Of a stretch of 64,000 nt of DNA, positions 40,002 through 49,873 are shown one piece after another. This DNA is from an uncultured delta proteobacterium (GTDB taxonomy: Bacteria > Desulfobacterota > Binatia > UBA9968): NCBI GenBank assembly GCA_963816145.1, contig CAWFJP010000011.1, positions 1-64,000 on the forward strand, in the 5' to 3' direction. The position numbers were made by a program, and so were the translations under genes. Each line of letters begins with the position of its first letter. Position 1 is the first letter of the stretch. Under the pieces are notes generated by a model. The model saw only the letters and a list, made by a program, of their open reading frames with translations. It did no database searches and was not told where the DNA came from.

Positions 40002-41006
40002 TCACGCCACTTCCGGAACACGGGTAGTCAAATCGTTGAGGATTTTATCGGAACTGATCCCGTCGGCGTCAGCTTCCAGATTGAGAATCAAACGATGACG
40101 CAAGCTCGGCAGCAACATGACGCGAATATCGTCGAAAGAAACATTGGGCCGGCCGGCAAACAGCGCGCGCGCCTTGGCGGCAAGAATCACGCTCTGCAAA
40201 CCGCGCGGGCTCGAGCCGTACATGACATAGCGCCGGGCCAACGATTCGCCGCTGTTTTTCTCCGCTTGGGCATGGCTGCTCAGGATCAGGCGCACCGCGT
40301 AGTCCTTGACGACATCGGCGAGCGGCACCTCGCGCACCCACTGGCGCAGCTGCAAGATGCCGTCGGCGTCGAGGATTTCCCGCAATGGCGCCGCCGGCAC
40401 CGCGGTAGTCAGATCGGCGATGCGCGTCAACTCCGCATGGCTCGGGTACTGCAAGATCAATTTGAAAAAGAACCGGTCTACTTGCGCCTCGGGCAGCGGA
40501 TAGGTGCCTTCCATTTCGATTGGATTCTGGGTCGCCAGAACCATGAACGGGTTTTCCAAGCGGTGCAGCTTGCCGCCGACGGTGACGCCTTGTTCCTGCA
40601 TCGCTTCGAGGAGCGCTGACTGGGTCTTCGGCGTCGCCCGATTGATCTCGTCGGCAAGCACCACATGGGCAAACACCGGCCCGCGCTGAAACTCAAAAAG
40701 TTTGCGCCCTGACGGATCGTCGGTCAGCATGTTGGTGCCGGTTATATCCGCCGGCATCAGATCGGGCGTGAACTGAATGCGCGAGAAGCTCAGACTGAGA
40801 ATCTCGCCCAAACTGCGCACCATCAACGTCTTACCCAAGCCCGGCACACCTTCGAGCAGGCAATGGCCGCCGCAGACCAACGCGACAAACACCTGCTCGA
40901 TCAATTCTTCATGACCGACGATGACCCGGGCGATTTCCGCTTTTACTTCGGCATAAGTGCGCCGCGCGCTGTCGATGCGTTGCTCGATATCCGCAAGCGA
41001 TTCCAT
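40002..41006 (-). CDS. moxR: MoxR-family AAA+ ATPase
   Basis: EGVPGLGKT, RIQFTPDLMPADITG, LADEINRATPKTQSALLEAMQE, ATQNPIEMEGTYPLPEAQ. Confidence 0.95.
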   Translation of the reverse strand: MESLADIEQRIDSARRTYAEVKAEIARVIVGHEELIEQVFVALVCGGHCLLEGVPGLGKTLMVRSLGEILSLSFSRIQFTPDLMPADITGTNMLTDDPSGRKLFEFQRGPVFAHVVLADEINRATPKTQSALLEAMQEQGVTVGGKLHRLENPFMVLATQNPIEMEGTYPLPEAQVDRFFFKLILQYPSHAELTRIADLTTAVPAAPLREILDADGILQLRQWVREVPLADVVKDYAVRLILSSHAQAEKNSGESLARRYVMYGSSPRGLQSVILAAKARALFAGRPNVSFDDIRVMLLPSLRHRLILNLEADADGISSDKILNDLTTRVPEVA

Positions 41007-41019
41007 GATGCAGCTCCTC

Positions 41020-41102
41020 GATCAGTTGCCAGCGGTCAGTTGCCCGTAGCCGGACTAAATCGCATTTCTCAAGTAATCACTGACCACTAGCGACTGATCA
41101 CT
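41020..41102. repeat. 7-bp periodic inverted arms
   Basis: tcagttg ccagcgg tcagttg cccgtag ... tcactga ccactag cgactga tcact. Confidence 0.75.
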
Positions 41103-42513
41103 ATCTCTTACTTTCCTCCAACGACAAAAAATATTTCCGCACGGTTTCCTTGAGCGCCGCCGGCACTTTTTCCGAATTGAGTTCCTGCTCCGCTTGGCGC
41201 CGGTAGTTGGCGACCACTTCTTGCGGCGCCAGTTCGCTCTTACCGGGCGTGGGTTTACCTTTGAACACTAGACTGCTGCTTTCGCCTTCGCCCAACTGGC
41301 CTTCGACGTGGGTGCGGGTGTCGGCGCGAAACGCGGGCAGCGATCTGAGACTATCGTCGTTTCTCCCGGGTTCCTTGCCTGGCAGGTTGCTGTGATTTTT
41401 TTCCCGCACGCCGTCGCCAGGTTCGTCCTGCTCACCACGACCAGCCATCTGCGCAGCATCATTACTTTGTTTGCCTTGCCCCTGATTCATCATCTGTTCG
41501 AGGAATTGCTGAGCGTCGATGAGCGCGCGCCGATCCAGCGCGTCGGCCACCTGTCGATCGAGACGCTCGAGCAGCGACTGCAACTCCTGTTGCCCCAGTC
41601 CCTTGCCACCCTGCGGTTCGCGGTCGAGCTGGTTCCGCAGCTGCGGCATCGACGCTAATCGCTCCAGCCATTGCTGCGGCGATGGCACTTTGGCAGCGTC
41701 GGGGAGATTCAACATGTCGCGCGCCGCTTCCAACTCGGCTTTGAGATCTCTCAGACTTTGCTCACTTTCTGCGCCGGCGATCGACTGGTTTTGCGGCCCA
41801 GACTTGCTCGCGGCGTCGAGCTTTTGCTTCACGCCGGCCAAATCTTTTTTGAGCCGTTCTTCGTTGGCCTTGTCGGCGAGATTCTTCTGGGCAAGTTTTT
41901 CCAGCTCCTGTCCAACTTGTAAACTTTGGCGCAGCCCGTCGGTCTTGGCTTTTTCCTGAAAGTCCCGGGCAAACTCGCGCAGCTGCTGCGCCAAGCTTTG
42001 CACTGGTGAGCTCTGTTGGGAAAACGACTGATCGAAGTCGAACCACAGGAGCGCAAACCAGAAAAGCAACAGCGGCGCGACGGCGTAGCACGGCCAGCCC
42101 CAGCGCCGGGGGAACAAGCGGCGCGGATCCAGCCCACGCAAGTGCGGCTCGGTTTGCTGAAATACCAGCTGCGCCGCGGCGCTCCGGTCACTGCGCCCGG
42201 CCAGCTCCCAAGCCGTCACCGCGCGTTCGGCCAAGGCCAGCTTACGGTCCAGCTCGACGAAGGTGCGCGTCGCATCGACGGCGCGCCAGCGCCGATGATA
42301 GAAAAACCCCGGGGCCAATCCGAGCGTTAGAATGACCGGAACTAGCCAACGCAGACCGCGAAGGGGTAGAAACCCGTGCAGCGGCGACAACAAGACCGCC
42401 GCAGCCAAAGCCATAGCAGTAGCGCACAAGAAAATTTCCTCGAGCCGCTTTTGCTTTTCCCAGCGCAAGAGCTCGGCAAACTGGTTCTGCAGCGGGGTCG
42501 CGTCCGTCATCAT
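41101..42513 (-). CDS. Hypothetical membrane-anchored coiled-coil protein of the MoxR cluster
   Basis: N-terminal TMs, LDRKLALAERAVTA, Q/E-rich coils, C-terminal VPAALKETVRKYF. Confidence 0.75.
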   Translation of the reverse strand: MMTDATPLQNQFAELLRWEKQKRLEEIFLCATAMALAAAVLLSPLHGFLPLRGLRWLVPVILTLGLAPGFFYHRRWRAVDATRTFVELDRKLALAERAVTAWELAGRSDRSAAAQLVFQQTEPHLRGLDPRRLFPRRWGWPCYAVAPLLLFWFALLWFDFDQSFSQQSSPVQSLAQQLREFARDFQEKAKTDGLRQSLQVGQELEKLAQKNLADKANEERLKKDLAGVKQKLDAASKSGPQNQSIAGAESEQSLRDLKAELEAARDMLNLPDAAKVPSPQQWLERLASMPQLRNQLDREPQGGKGLGQQELQSLLERLDRQVADALDRRALIDAQQFLEQMMNQGQGKQSNDAAQMAGRGEQDEPGDGVREKNHSNLPGKEPGRNDDSLRSLPAFRADTRTHVEGQLGEGESSSLVFKGKPTPGKSELAPQEVVANYRRQAEQELNSEKVPAALKETVRKYFLSLEESKR

Positions 42514-43256
42514 GCGGCGAGTTCCTTTCTCAACGCCCAACGATGCAACCGATAACCGGCGGCGCCCAGGAGCAGATGAAATCCGATGTGAATCCCGCTC
42601 GCCGGCAATAGCCAGCCGAAAATCGACAAAGGCGCCAACTCTTGGCGGCTAAGATAAGCGACGAGAAACATCACCGGATTGATCGTGCCGTAAAACAGCG
42701 CAGTTAATATGACCAAGGCGGCATACAGACAACGAACAAACACCTGACGGTTCTCCAGCCGCCGCTCCCATAGCGCCAGCGCCGCCAGGCCCCAAACACC
42801 ATAGCTGACGGCATAGAACAACAGCAGCACCATCGTGCCGGCGATGCTGGCGAGCGGCGTGCGCGCAATGGCGCCGGCCCACGCCAACAACGGCAGAACC
42901 AGGAGTAAGGCGAGTCCGACATGGGTGATGAAGAAATCCCATTGGCCCCGGCCGATGATTTCAACCGATTGTCCCTCATCGCGAATCCAGTTGCGCAGCG
43001 GTTTGAAGCGCCAGGGGGCGAACTCCTGGTTGGCCACACGGAGGGAAAAATAAATCAGCAGAAGCTCGGCCGCCACCGCACAGACTTTGAACAGACTCGC
43101 CGAGCCGCTCCACATCTGTGCGTCGAGGGAGGGAATATATAGTGAAAAAAACTCCACCGGCGCAAGGATGATCAAGAGATAGAAATAGACTTGGAAACCA
43201 TGTCCCTCGGCAAAGTAAATGGCGATGCTCTCGCGCCAGATCGGGTTGCGGGTCAT
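42510..43256 (-). CDS. Hypothetical multi-pass membrane protein (ABC-2 permease-like)
   Basis: Starts RNPIWRE; about six TMs; overlaps both neighbours. Confidence 0.65.
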   Translation of the reverse strand: MTRNPIWRESIAIYFAEGHGFQVYFYLLIILAPVEFFSLYIPSLDAQMWSGSASLFKVCAVAAELLLIYFSLRVANQEFAPWRFKPLRNWIRDEGQSVEIIGRGQWDFFITHVGLALLLVLPLLAWAGAIARTPLASIAGTMVLLLFYAVSYGVWGLAALALWERRLENRQVFVRCLYAALVILTALFYGTINPVMFLVAYLSRQELAPLSIFGWLLPASGIHIGFHLLLGAAGYRLHRWALRKELAA

Positions 43257-45151
43257 TCGTCCTCCGCGGAGTTGAGCGGGATCGTCGCGCGAAACAGCGC
43301 GTAGTCCTGCACTTGAATGCGCGGGTCGTCGACCCGTACCCGCGGCGCCGGATCTTTCACCCAGGCGAAGAACACGGCGGCGCCACTGCTCCAGCGGCTA
43401 TCACCATCGCGCGGGAAGAACGATGACTGAAACAAGATATCGCGGGTCTTGTTGGCGAAGCTCACATCGCGGAAATTAACCGCCTCCGTGCGGCCGGCCG
43501 GACCATTGTTGCCGGTCGGCAGTACCAGAGAAAACTCTTTGTCCAGACGCGCGCCGCGCGGAATATCGCCGAGCAAGTGACGCTGCCCCGGCAAAAGCAG
43601 GCCGCAATCGAACAAATCCTTGCCGCTCTGATTGTTGATTTTCATGGTCAGCTTGTCGCCTTGCACATTAAACTCCGCGCGCAATGGGAAGCGATCGATA
43701 AAGCGCAGTCGAAACAAGCGGTAGTCCCACTCGCGCAGCGGCAATTGAAAGCGGTTAACACCGCCGCCTTCCTGACTCAACACCGGCGTTTCCTGCGCCT
43801 CGCGCGGCCGGTTCGACAGCGGCGTAAATTCCATCCAACCGCGTTCCATCTGCAGGTTATACTGGCGCGGCTGGGTGGAAAACAACGCCAGATTGGCCTG
43901 CGCGTCGACGACACCGTCGACGCCGTTCTCCAACACCGTCGACGACAACAAGACACCGTCGGGAATATGGCCGCCGCGGCTAAAGTAAACATAGCCGGCG
44001 CCGCCGCCCGCCGTCACCAACAATCCAAGGGCAGCGAGCGTTTGGGTTGTCGTCAGCCGGCGCCGCTGCCAGACCCAGCTGAGCAAGCCGATCGCGAAGA
44101 GATAAACCAGAATCACAATAAACAACGAACCGTAAGGCACATAGGTCGAAATGAACGTCGGGCTGGTGATCAGCTGGGTGAAGATCACGTCATTCCACTC
44201 CGCCCGTGCCCCCGGCTCGTCGACACCGCCGACCGCGAGCAAACCCTGCAAGAACTTAGGCAAACCCGGCCACTGGGACAATGGCGGCCGGCCGATATCG
44301 AGCGAGAGATAAACAATCCTGCCGCGGCCGCGCGCTGCCTCGACCAGCACCGGCAGGCCTTGGGATGTCGTACGCACCTCGCCGGTGAACGGCGTTGAAA
44401 CTTGCGCCCAGACATCGGCGATGGCCGGAGTTATTTCATTCTTATTGGCCGCCGGTGTAAACGCGATGCGCCGCGTGCCGCTGACTCGCACCGGCAAAAA
44501 GCGGCTGATTACCGGCTCCTGGTAGAGCGCGTAATTGAGACTGCCGAGAATCACCATCCGACCGCCGGCGCTCAGCCAGGTGTCAAGAGCGAGCACTTGG
44601 AGCCGCGACAAATCGCGCAGCGATTGATCGTAGACGATAATATGGGAAACGCCGAGCAGCGAGCGCGCGTCGGCAGCGAGTTCGTTCAAGGCAAGTGAAA
44701 CCAGCCGACCCTGTGCCGTCGGCGCGAGCGCGATGGGCGGCATCGAGCCGCTGTCATTGACCAGCAGCATCACCGGTGCCGGTGAAAAGTTGCGCCGCAG
44801 ATCGATCTCGCGCACCGCTTTGGCGGTGGAACTGTTAAAAACAATCGTCAGCGGCCGGCTGATGAAATCCGGGTCGACGGTTAGTTGCAGGGTTTTGCGC
44901 GATTGCGCCGCGAGAAAAACTTCGCGCCGATATTTGACAGGATAAGGCGTGCCGCCCTTGGTCACGCCGCCCTTCCACACTTGCACATCGAGGGTTCCTT
45001 CAGCCGGGCGACCGGAGTTGGTGAGCTCGACTTCCAACGGGAAAGGCCGACCCAGTTGAAACACACCGTGAAAACCGACCCGCACCTCGATAACGATGTC
45101 AGCCTCGGCTGGAACCACCGACAAGGCGGTGATCAGGAACGCTAGAATCAC
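43253..45151 (-). CDS. Hypothetical membrane protein with a GATase1-like domain
   Basis: LDTWLSAGGRMVILG, GRGRIVYL, two central TMs; start uncertain. Confidence 0.7.
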   Translation of the reverse strand: MILAFLITALSVVPAEADIVIEVRVGFHGVFQLGRPFPLEVELTNSGRPAEGTLDVQVWKGGVTKGGTPYPVKYRREVFLAAQSRKTLQLTVDPDFISRPLTIVFNSSTAKAVREIDLRRNFSPAPVMLLVNDSGSMPPIALAPTAQGRLVSLALNELAADARSLLGVSHIIVYDQSLRDLSRLQVLALDTWLSAGGRMVILGSLNYALYQEPVISRFLPVRVSGTRRIAFTPAANKNEITPAIADVWAQVSTPFTGEVRTTSQGLPVLVEAARGRGRIVYLSLDIGRPPLSQWPGLPKFLQGLLAVGGVDEPGARAEWNDVIFTQLITSPTFISTYVPYGSLFIVILVYLFAIGLLSWVWQRRRLTTTQTLAALGLLVTAGGGAGYVYFSRGGHIPDGVLLSSTVLENGVDGVVDAQANLALFSTQPRQYNLQMERGWMEFTPLSNRPREAQETPVLSQEGGGVNRFQLPLREWDYRLFRLRFIDRFPLRAEFNVQGDKLTMKINNQSGKDLFDCGLLLPGQRHLLGDIPRGARLDKEFSLVLPTGNNGPAGRTEAVNFRDVSFANKTRDILFQSSFFPRDGDSRWSSGAAVFFAWVKDPAPRVRVDDPRIQVQDYALFRATIPLNSAEDE

Positions 45152-45318
45152 ACCTGCGGAGCCGGCCCAAGCGCGCTCAAACGACCGATCAATAGAAAAG
45201 GAAATAAGGAAAGACCATGCGGTGGGGCACCGCGGGAGAAAATCATTCGGTGCAGCCTGCACGGCTGAATAGGGCATCTTTCCCTTCCCGACAGACTTGT
45301 CCCACTGGCACCGGCAAT

Positions 45319-45801
45319 CTAGTCGATAAATTCGACGCCAAGAATTTCAAACGAGCGAACGCCCGTGGGAGTGCGAACCTGAACTTCATCTCCCTCGCTC
45401 TTGCCGATCAACGCGCGCGCGATGGGAGAACTGACAGAAATCCTACCGTTCTTCGGCTCCGCCTCATGATCGCCGACGATTTTGTATACCACCTTGTCTC
45501 CGGTATCGCCATCCGCCAAACTGACCGTCGCCCCGAAGAGAACTTTGTCGCCGGACAGCTTGGAAACGTCGATCACCTGGGCGCGGGCGATCTTATCCTC
45601 CATCTCGCGGATCTGCACATCAAGCAGCGATTGGCGTTCCTTGGCGGCGTGGAACTCGGCGTTTTCCGAGAGATCGCCGTGGTCGCGCGCCTCTTCGATA
45701 TCGCGGATGTTCTTCGGCCGCTCGACGCTCTTCAAGCGCTTTAGCTCCTCCATCAAAAACTGGAACCCCTTGCTGGTCATCGGGACGCTTGCATCTGCCA
45801 T
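45319..45801 (-). CDS. greA: Transcription elongation factor GreA
   Basis: ARDHGDLSENAEFHAAKE, ISVSSPIARALIGK. Confidence 0.97.
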   Translation of the reverse strand: MADASVPMTSKGFQFLMEELKRLKSVERPKNIRDIEEARDHGDLSENAEFHAAKERQSLLDVQIREMEDKIARAQVIDVSKLSGDKVLFGATVSLADGDTGDKVVYKIVGDHEAEPKNGRISVSSPIARALIGKSEGDEVQVRTPTGVRSFEILGVEFID

Positions 45802-45818
45802 ACCGTCAACTCCTAGAC

Positions 45819-45852
45819 AAAAGAAAAACCCCTCGGAATCTCTCCCGAGAGG
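45819..45852 (-). terminator. Intrinsic terminator directly upstream of the greA RBS
   Basis: Minus strand cctctcgg-gagagatt-ccgagggg-tttttctttt. Confidence 0.75.
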
Positions 45853-45900
45853 CCTTGAATAAGATCTTAGATTTTCTTCCAGCTGCTAAATCTACCGGCT

Positions 45901-45928
45901 ATTTTACCATCGAGGGTAGCTATTGCAA
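45901..45928 (-). promoter_or_regulatory. Sigma70-like promoter upstream of greA
   Basis: TTGCAA-16 bp-TAAAAT with an extended -10 TG. Confidence 0.6.
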
Positions 45929-45994
45929 CTACCGCTGAACGTGCCGCATTGGTGGGAATAATTGCTCAATTGGGAAACCATAATCCAAGTGAGC

Positions 45995-46972
45995 TTAAGC
46001 CCGTTTCTCCGGCCCAAACACATGGCAGGACACGCCGTGCCCGTCTGGGCTGAACTCCAGCGGCGGCTCGGTCTGGCTGCAAACCGCTTCGCGGTAGGAG
46101 CAGCGCGGATGGAAGCTGCAGCCGGGCGGCGGATTGACCGGGCTCGGCACATCGCCTTCGAGAACCACGCGCTCCTTTTTCTTGTTCATGTCGGGGATCG
46201 GCACGGCGGAGAGCAGCGCGCGGGTATAGGGATGTTTGGCATCGCGGTAAATCGTGTCGCTCTTGGCGATCTCGACGACTTTGCCGAGGTACATGATCGC
46301 CACTCGGTGACTGATATGTTCGACAACCCGCAGATCATGGGAGATGAACAGATAGGTCAAATGCATCTTTTCCTGCAATTCCTGCAGGAGATTTATGATC
46401 TGCGCCTGGATCGACACATCGAGGGACGACACCGGCTCGTCGCAGACGATGAATTTCGGGTTGACGGCCAAGGCGCGGGCGATGCCGATGCGCTGGCGCT
46501 GGCCGCCGCTGAACTCGTGGGGATAGCGGTCGAAATGATCGTCACGCAGGCCGACCTGGTGGAGCAATTCCATCACCCGCTCGCGCTTGGCTTTGCCCTT
46601 GGCGAGTTTGTGAATCTCCAATCCCTCGCCGACAATGTCGCCGACGCGCATGCGCGGGTTGAGCGAAGCGTAGGGATCTTGAAAGATAATTTGCATCTCG
46701 CGCCGGGTGTCACGCAGCTCGCGCTGGGACAACGACAGCAAATTCTTGCCAAGAAAATCAATCTCGCCGCTGGTCGGCTCGATCAAGCGCAGGATCGCCC
46801 GCCCAAGCGTCGATTTGCCGCAACCAGACTCGCCGACCAAGCCGAGAGTCTCGCCCTCTTCAATCGACAGAGTGACGCCATCGACGGCTTTGACCGCGCC
46901 CTTGCCGCGCGAGAACAACCCTTCACCGACGGGAAAATGTTTCTTTAAGTTGCGGATTTCCAACAAGCTCAT
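45995..46972 (-). CDS. dppF: Oligopeptide/dipeptide ABC ATPase (DppF/OppF)
   Basis: [42 protein letters not shown]. Confidence 0.92.
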   Translation of the reverse strand: MSLLEIRNLKKHFPVGEGLFSRGKGAVKAVDGVTLSIEEGETLGLVGESGCGKSTLGRAILRLIEPTSGEIDFLGKNLLSLSQRELRDTRREMQIIFQDPYASLNPRMRVGDIVGEGLEIHKLAKGKAKRERVMELLHQVGLRDDHFDRYPHEFSGGQRQRIGIARALAVNPKFIVCDEPVSSLDVSIQAQIINLLQELQEKMHLTYLFISHDLRVVEHISHRVAIMYLGKVVEIAKSDTIYRDAKHPYTRALLSAVPIPDMNKKKERVVLEGDVPSPVNPPPGCSFHPRCSYREAVCSQTEPPLEFSPDGHGVSCHVFGPEKRA

Positions 46973-46982
46973 GGGTCAGCTC

Positions 46983-47064
46983 AATTGAAAATGGAAAATG
47001 AAGAATGCCAAAGCCAAAATCCAGATTTCGGGACTTCCATTATCAATTATCCATTCTCAATTTT
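46983..47064. repeat. 7-bp periodic inverted arms
   Basis: aattgaa aatggaa aatgaag aatg ... cattatc aattatc cattctc aatttt. Confidence 0.8.
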
Positions 47065-47101
47065 CCTCATGCACTTGGCATTGACCTATTAATTTCGCGA
47101 C

Positions 47102-48088
47102 TCAGCTCTGTCGCGCTTCTGTATGCGGATAATGACAAGCCACCGTATGCCCCGGCTCTTTTTCCACCAGCTCGGGCTCCTTCTGGGCGCACAGATCGGC
47201 CGCCTTAGGGCAGCGGTCGCGAAAGCGGCAGCCGCTCGGTAGATGCAGCGGATTCGGCACCACGCCGGGGATCGCGTCCAAGCGATGCTTCTTGGCGACG
47301 CCGGTGCTCGGCAAGGAATTGAGCAGGCCCACCGTGTATGGGTGAAACGGTTTAGTGAAAATCTGTCTCGTGTTCGACCGTTCGACCATCTTGCCGGCGT
47401 ACATGATCGCGACGTCGTCGGCCTGCTCGGCGACCACGCCGAGATCGTGGGTGATCAGCAGCAGTGCCATGCCGATCTTTTGCTGCAGCTCCTTCATGAG
47501 GTCGAGGATTTGAGCTTGAATAGTCACGTCGAGCGCCGTGGTCGGCTCGTCGGCGATCAGGAGCGATGGATTGCACGACAGCGCCATGGCGATCATCACC
47601 CGTTGGCGCATGCCGCCGCTCAACTGATGCGGATAGGCGTCGACGCGGGATTCTGGATCGGCGATCTTGACCAGCCGCAGCATTTCAATGGTTTTCGCCC
47701 GGGTCGCCTGCTTGTCTAATCCCTGGTGCAGCTTGATCGCTTCACCGATCTGATTGCCGACGGTGAACACCGGATTGAGAGAGGTCATCGGCTCCTGGAA
47801 GATCATCGAGATCTCGTTGCCGCGGATCTTACGCATCGCTTCATTACCGAGCTTCAGCAGGTCTTTGCCTCGGTAGATGATCTCGCCGCCGACGATTTTC
47901 CCCGGCGGCGACGGGATTAGCCGCATGATCGACAGCGAAGTGACGCTCTTGCCGCAACCGGATTCGCCCACTAGACCGAGAGTCTTGCCCTCGGCGATCT
48001 CGAAGCTGATGCCGTCGATGGCGCGCACTTCACCTTCCGGTGTGAAGAAAGAAGTCTGCAGGTTTTTGACTTGGAGTAGATCCGCCAT
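47102..48088 (-). CDS. dppD: Oligopeptide/dipeptide ABC ATPase (DppD/OppD)
   Basis: [35 protein letters not shown]. Confidence 0.92.
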   Translation of the reverse strand: MADLLQVKNLQTSFFTPEGEVRAIDGISFEIAEGKTLGLVGESGCGKSVTSLSIMRLIPSPPGKIVGGEIIYRGKDLLKLGNEAMRKIRGNEISMIFQEPMTSLNPVFTVGNQIGEAIKLHQGLDKQATRAKTIEMLRLVKIADPESRVDAYPHQLSGGMRQRVMIAMALSCNPSLLIADEPTTALDVTIQAQILDLMKELQQKIGMALLLITHDLGVVAEQADDVAIMYAGKMVERSNTRQIFTKPFHPYTVGLLNSLPSTGVAKKHRLDAIPGVVPNPLHLPSGCRFRDRCPKAADLCAQKEPELVEKEPGHTVACHYPHTEARQS

Positions 48089-48114
48089 GATGACAAAGTT
48101 GCGCCCGCGCTAAC

Positions 48115-48369
48115 TCACGTTGTACGGCCTACGCGCAGACGATTCAACATGCGCAGGCCCAAAATATCGCGAATTGCATCTCCCATAGCATTAAATCCCA
48201 GCACTGCCAACATGGTAAGCAACCCAGAGAACCGTGCCAGATGCGGATGGAGCCGCAAATAGGAACTACCCGGGCGACGCATGTCGCCCCAAGTGGGCCG
48301 GGTCGGAGCGACACTCAAGCCGAGGAAAATCAGTCCCGCCTCGGCGGTGATCGCCCGCACCAAGCGCAT
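48115..48369 (-). pseudogene. C-terminal remnant of a DppC/OppC-type permease
   Basis: AITAEAGLIFLGL...PTWGDM...VLGFNAMGDAIRDIL; degenerate, no N-terminus. Confidence 0.7.
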
Positions 48370-48479
48370 CCTCGATCAAAACCACCCGCGCAAACTAAAA
48401 TCCAGCGCGCGCCGGACGATCACGGATAGCAGCAGCGATCTCGATCTCGCGGCAAACTATCTGGCGCATCGATACGGGG

Positions 48480-48845
48480 GCGGCGGCGCTCGCGGCAAGC
48501 GCCGACAGCCGCGGCGGCAGCGGCTTTTCGTTTAACGACATCGCCGCCGGCCGCGCCGGAATGCGTTTTGGCGAGACCGCGATAGAAAGCGCCACGGCCA
48601 AGAAGCTGCAGGCGAAAGTCGGCGCCGGAATCATTGAAAGTGACATCATGCCGGCCACTGCGGACCTGCCGGAATACCTGGCGAAAGCGGAATTTGAGCG
48701 CCGCTTCAGCGGCGTCGATGGGCTTGAATACAAAAAGATGATGGCGGAGATCGAGCGGCGCATTTCAGTGCCGCCGCTCTATCGGTACGGCAGGAAGTTT
48801 CTGGGATCTATTTTGCCGGATAGAGCTTCGCCAGTCCGTCAATAA
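48480..48845 (+). pseudogene. C-terminal fragment of a hypothetical protein
   Basis: ADSRGGSGFSFNDIAAGRAGMRFGE...DLPEYL...F...VDGLEYKKMMAEIERRI looks protein-like but has no credible start. Confidence 0.5.
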
Positions 48846-49848
48846 ACCCGCTGGCATCGAGCTGTCTGAGAATGCGGTCGTCGATCATCTCTTCGACTTT
48901 GAACTTTTCGATGGCCGGATTGCGCAGCTTCATCAGCCGTTGGATGTTGCGCAAACCGTCGACCCCGGGGAACGGTTTGCGCTCGACGCCGTTGATCACG
49001 TCTTGATAGCCTTCTTCCGCCGATGCCGGATCGTTAAGCTTCAGCCGCTTCATGATCGTCGCCACCACCGCCGGTTTATTCCTCGGTGAAAGGCTGAAGG
49101 CGATTCCCTCGAGCAGCCCTTTGAGGAGACTCTCGATAAGGTCTCGCTGCTCGCGCAAGGTGGCGCCACGAGCCACGAATCCTTGAGATGAAAATGGAAT
49201 GTTCGCTTTGCCCAGTTCGGCAAGGACGTTAAACCCCTTCTGCCTGAGGCGCCGGCTAAACACGCCATCGAGGACCGTCATGTCGATCTGGCCGCTCTCC
49301 AACGCCTGCGTCGCGACGGTCTGATCGCCGATAACCAAAAAAGTGATCTTGTCCCGCTCGGCATCCAACCCGAGCTGCTCCAAAGCCAACATCGCACCCA
49401 TCCACACCGTGCCCGCCAACGTCTGCACGCCGACTTTCTTGCCGCGCAGATCCTTGGCGGTCTTAATGTTCGGGCCGGCGACCACATCGTAACCCAACTT
49501 ATTGGTCAGCGTCGCAATCGTTTTCAGGTCGGCGCCGCTTGTCACCGCGGTGAGCACGGTGGTCCCGCCGGTGTAGGCGGCGTGCACGTCGCCGGCCGTC
49601 AACGCCGCGACCAACACCGGCGCTTGACGGATAAAGATCGCGTTGGCATTGACGCCATACTTGACGAAAAAGCCATGGTCCTCAGCGACCCACAGCGGTG
49701 CCACACGGGCATTGAGCGCCGCATGACCGATCACGGCTCTGCGCACCGGCGTCGCTGCGTACGTGCAATCGCCGCAGCACAAGATTAAAAGACCTACGAT
49801 CAGTGGAAGTGCAGTCTTACGAATCGACAATTGGAACCTCTGGAACAT
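48808..49848 (-). CDS. NMT1/SsuA-type ABC substrate-binding protein (orphan)
   Basis: PLWVAEDHGFFVKYG, DLRGKKVG, EEMIDDRIL; paralog-like to 33518..34522; start uncertain. Confidence 0.85.
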   Translation of the reverse strand: MFQRFQLSIRKTALPLIVGLLILCCGDCTYAATPVRRAVIGHAALNARVAPLWVAEDHGFFVKYGVNANAIFIRQAPVLVAALTAGDVHAAYTGGTTVLTAVTSGADLKTIATLTNKLGYDVVAGPNIKTAKDLRGKKVGVQTLAGTVWMGAMLALEQLGLDAERDKITFLVIGDQTVATQALESGQIDMTVLDGVFSRRLRQKGFNVLAELGKANIPFSSQGFVARGATLREQRDLIESLLKGLLEGIAFSLSPRNKPAVVATIMKRLKLNDPASAEEGYQDVINGVERKPFPGVDGLRNIQRLMKLRNPAIEKFKVEEMIDDRILRQLDASGFIDGLAKLYPAK

Positions 49849-49873
49849 TTGGAACGCTGGAACACGCTTCGGC

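Noticed and set aside
39835-40005. N-terminal extension of the DUF58 ORF
   Set aside because: It spans a REP-like palindrome; the domain starts at about 39834.
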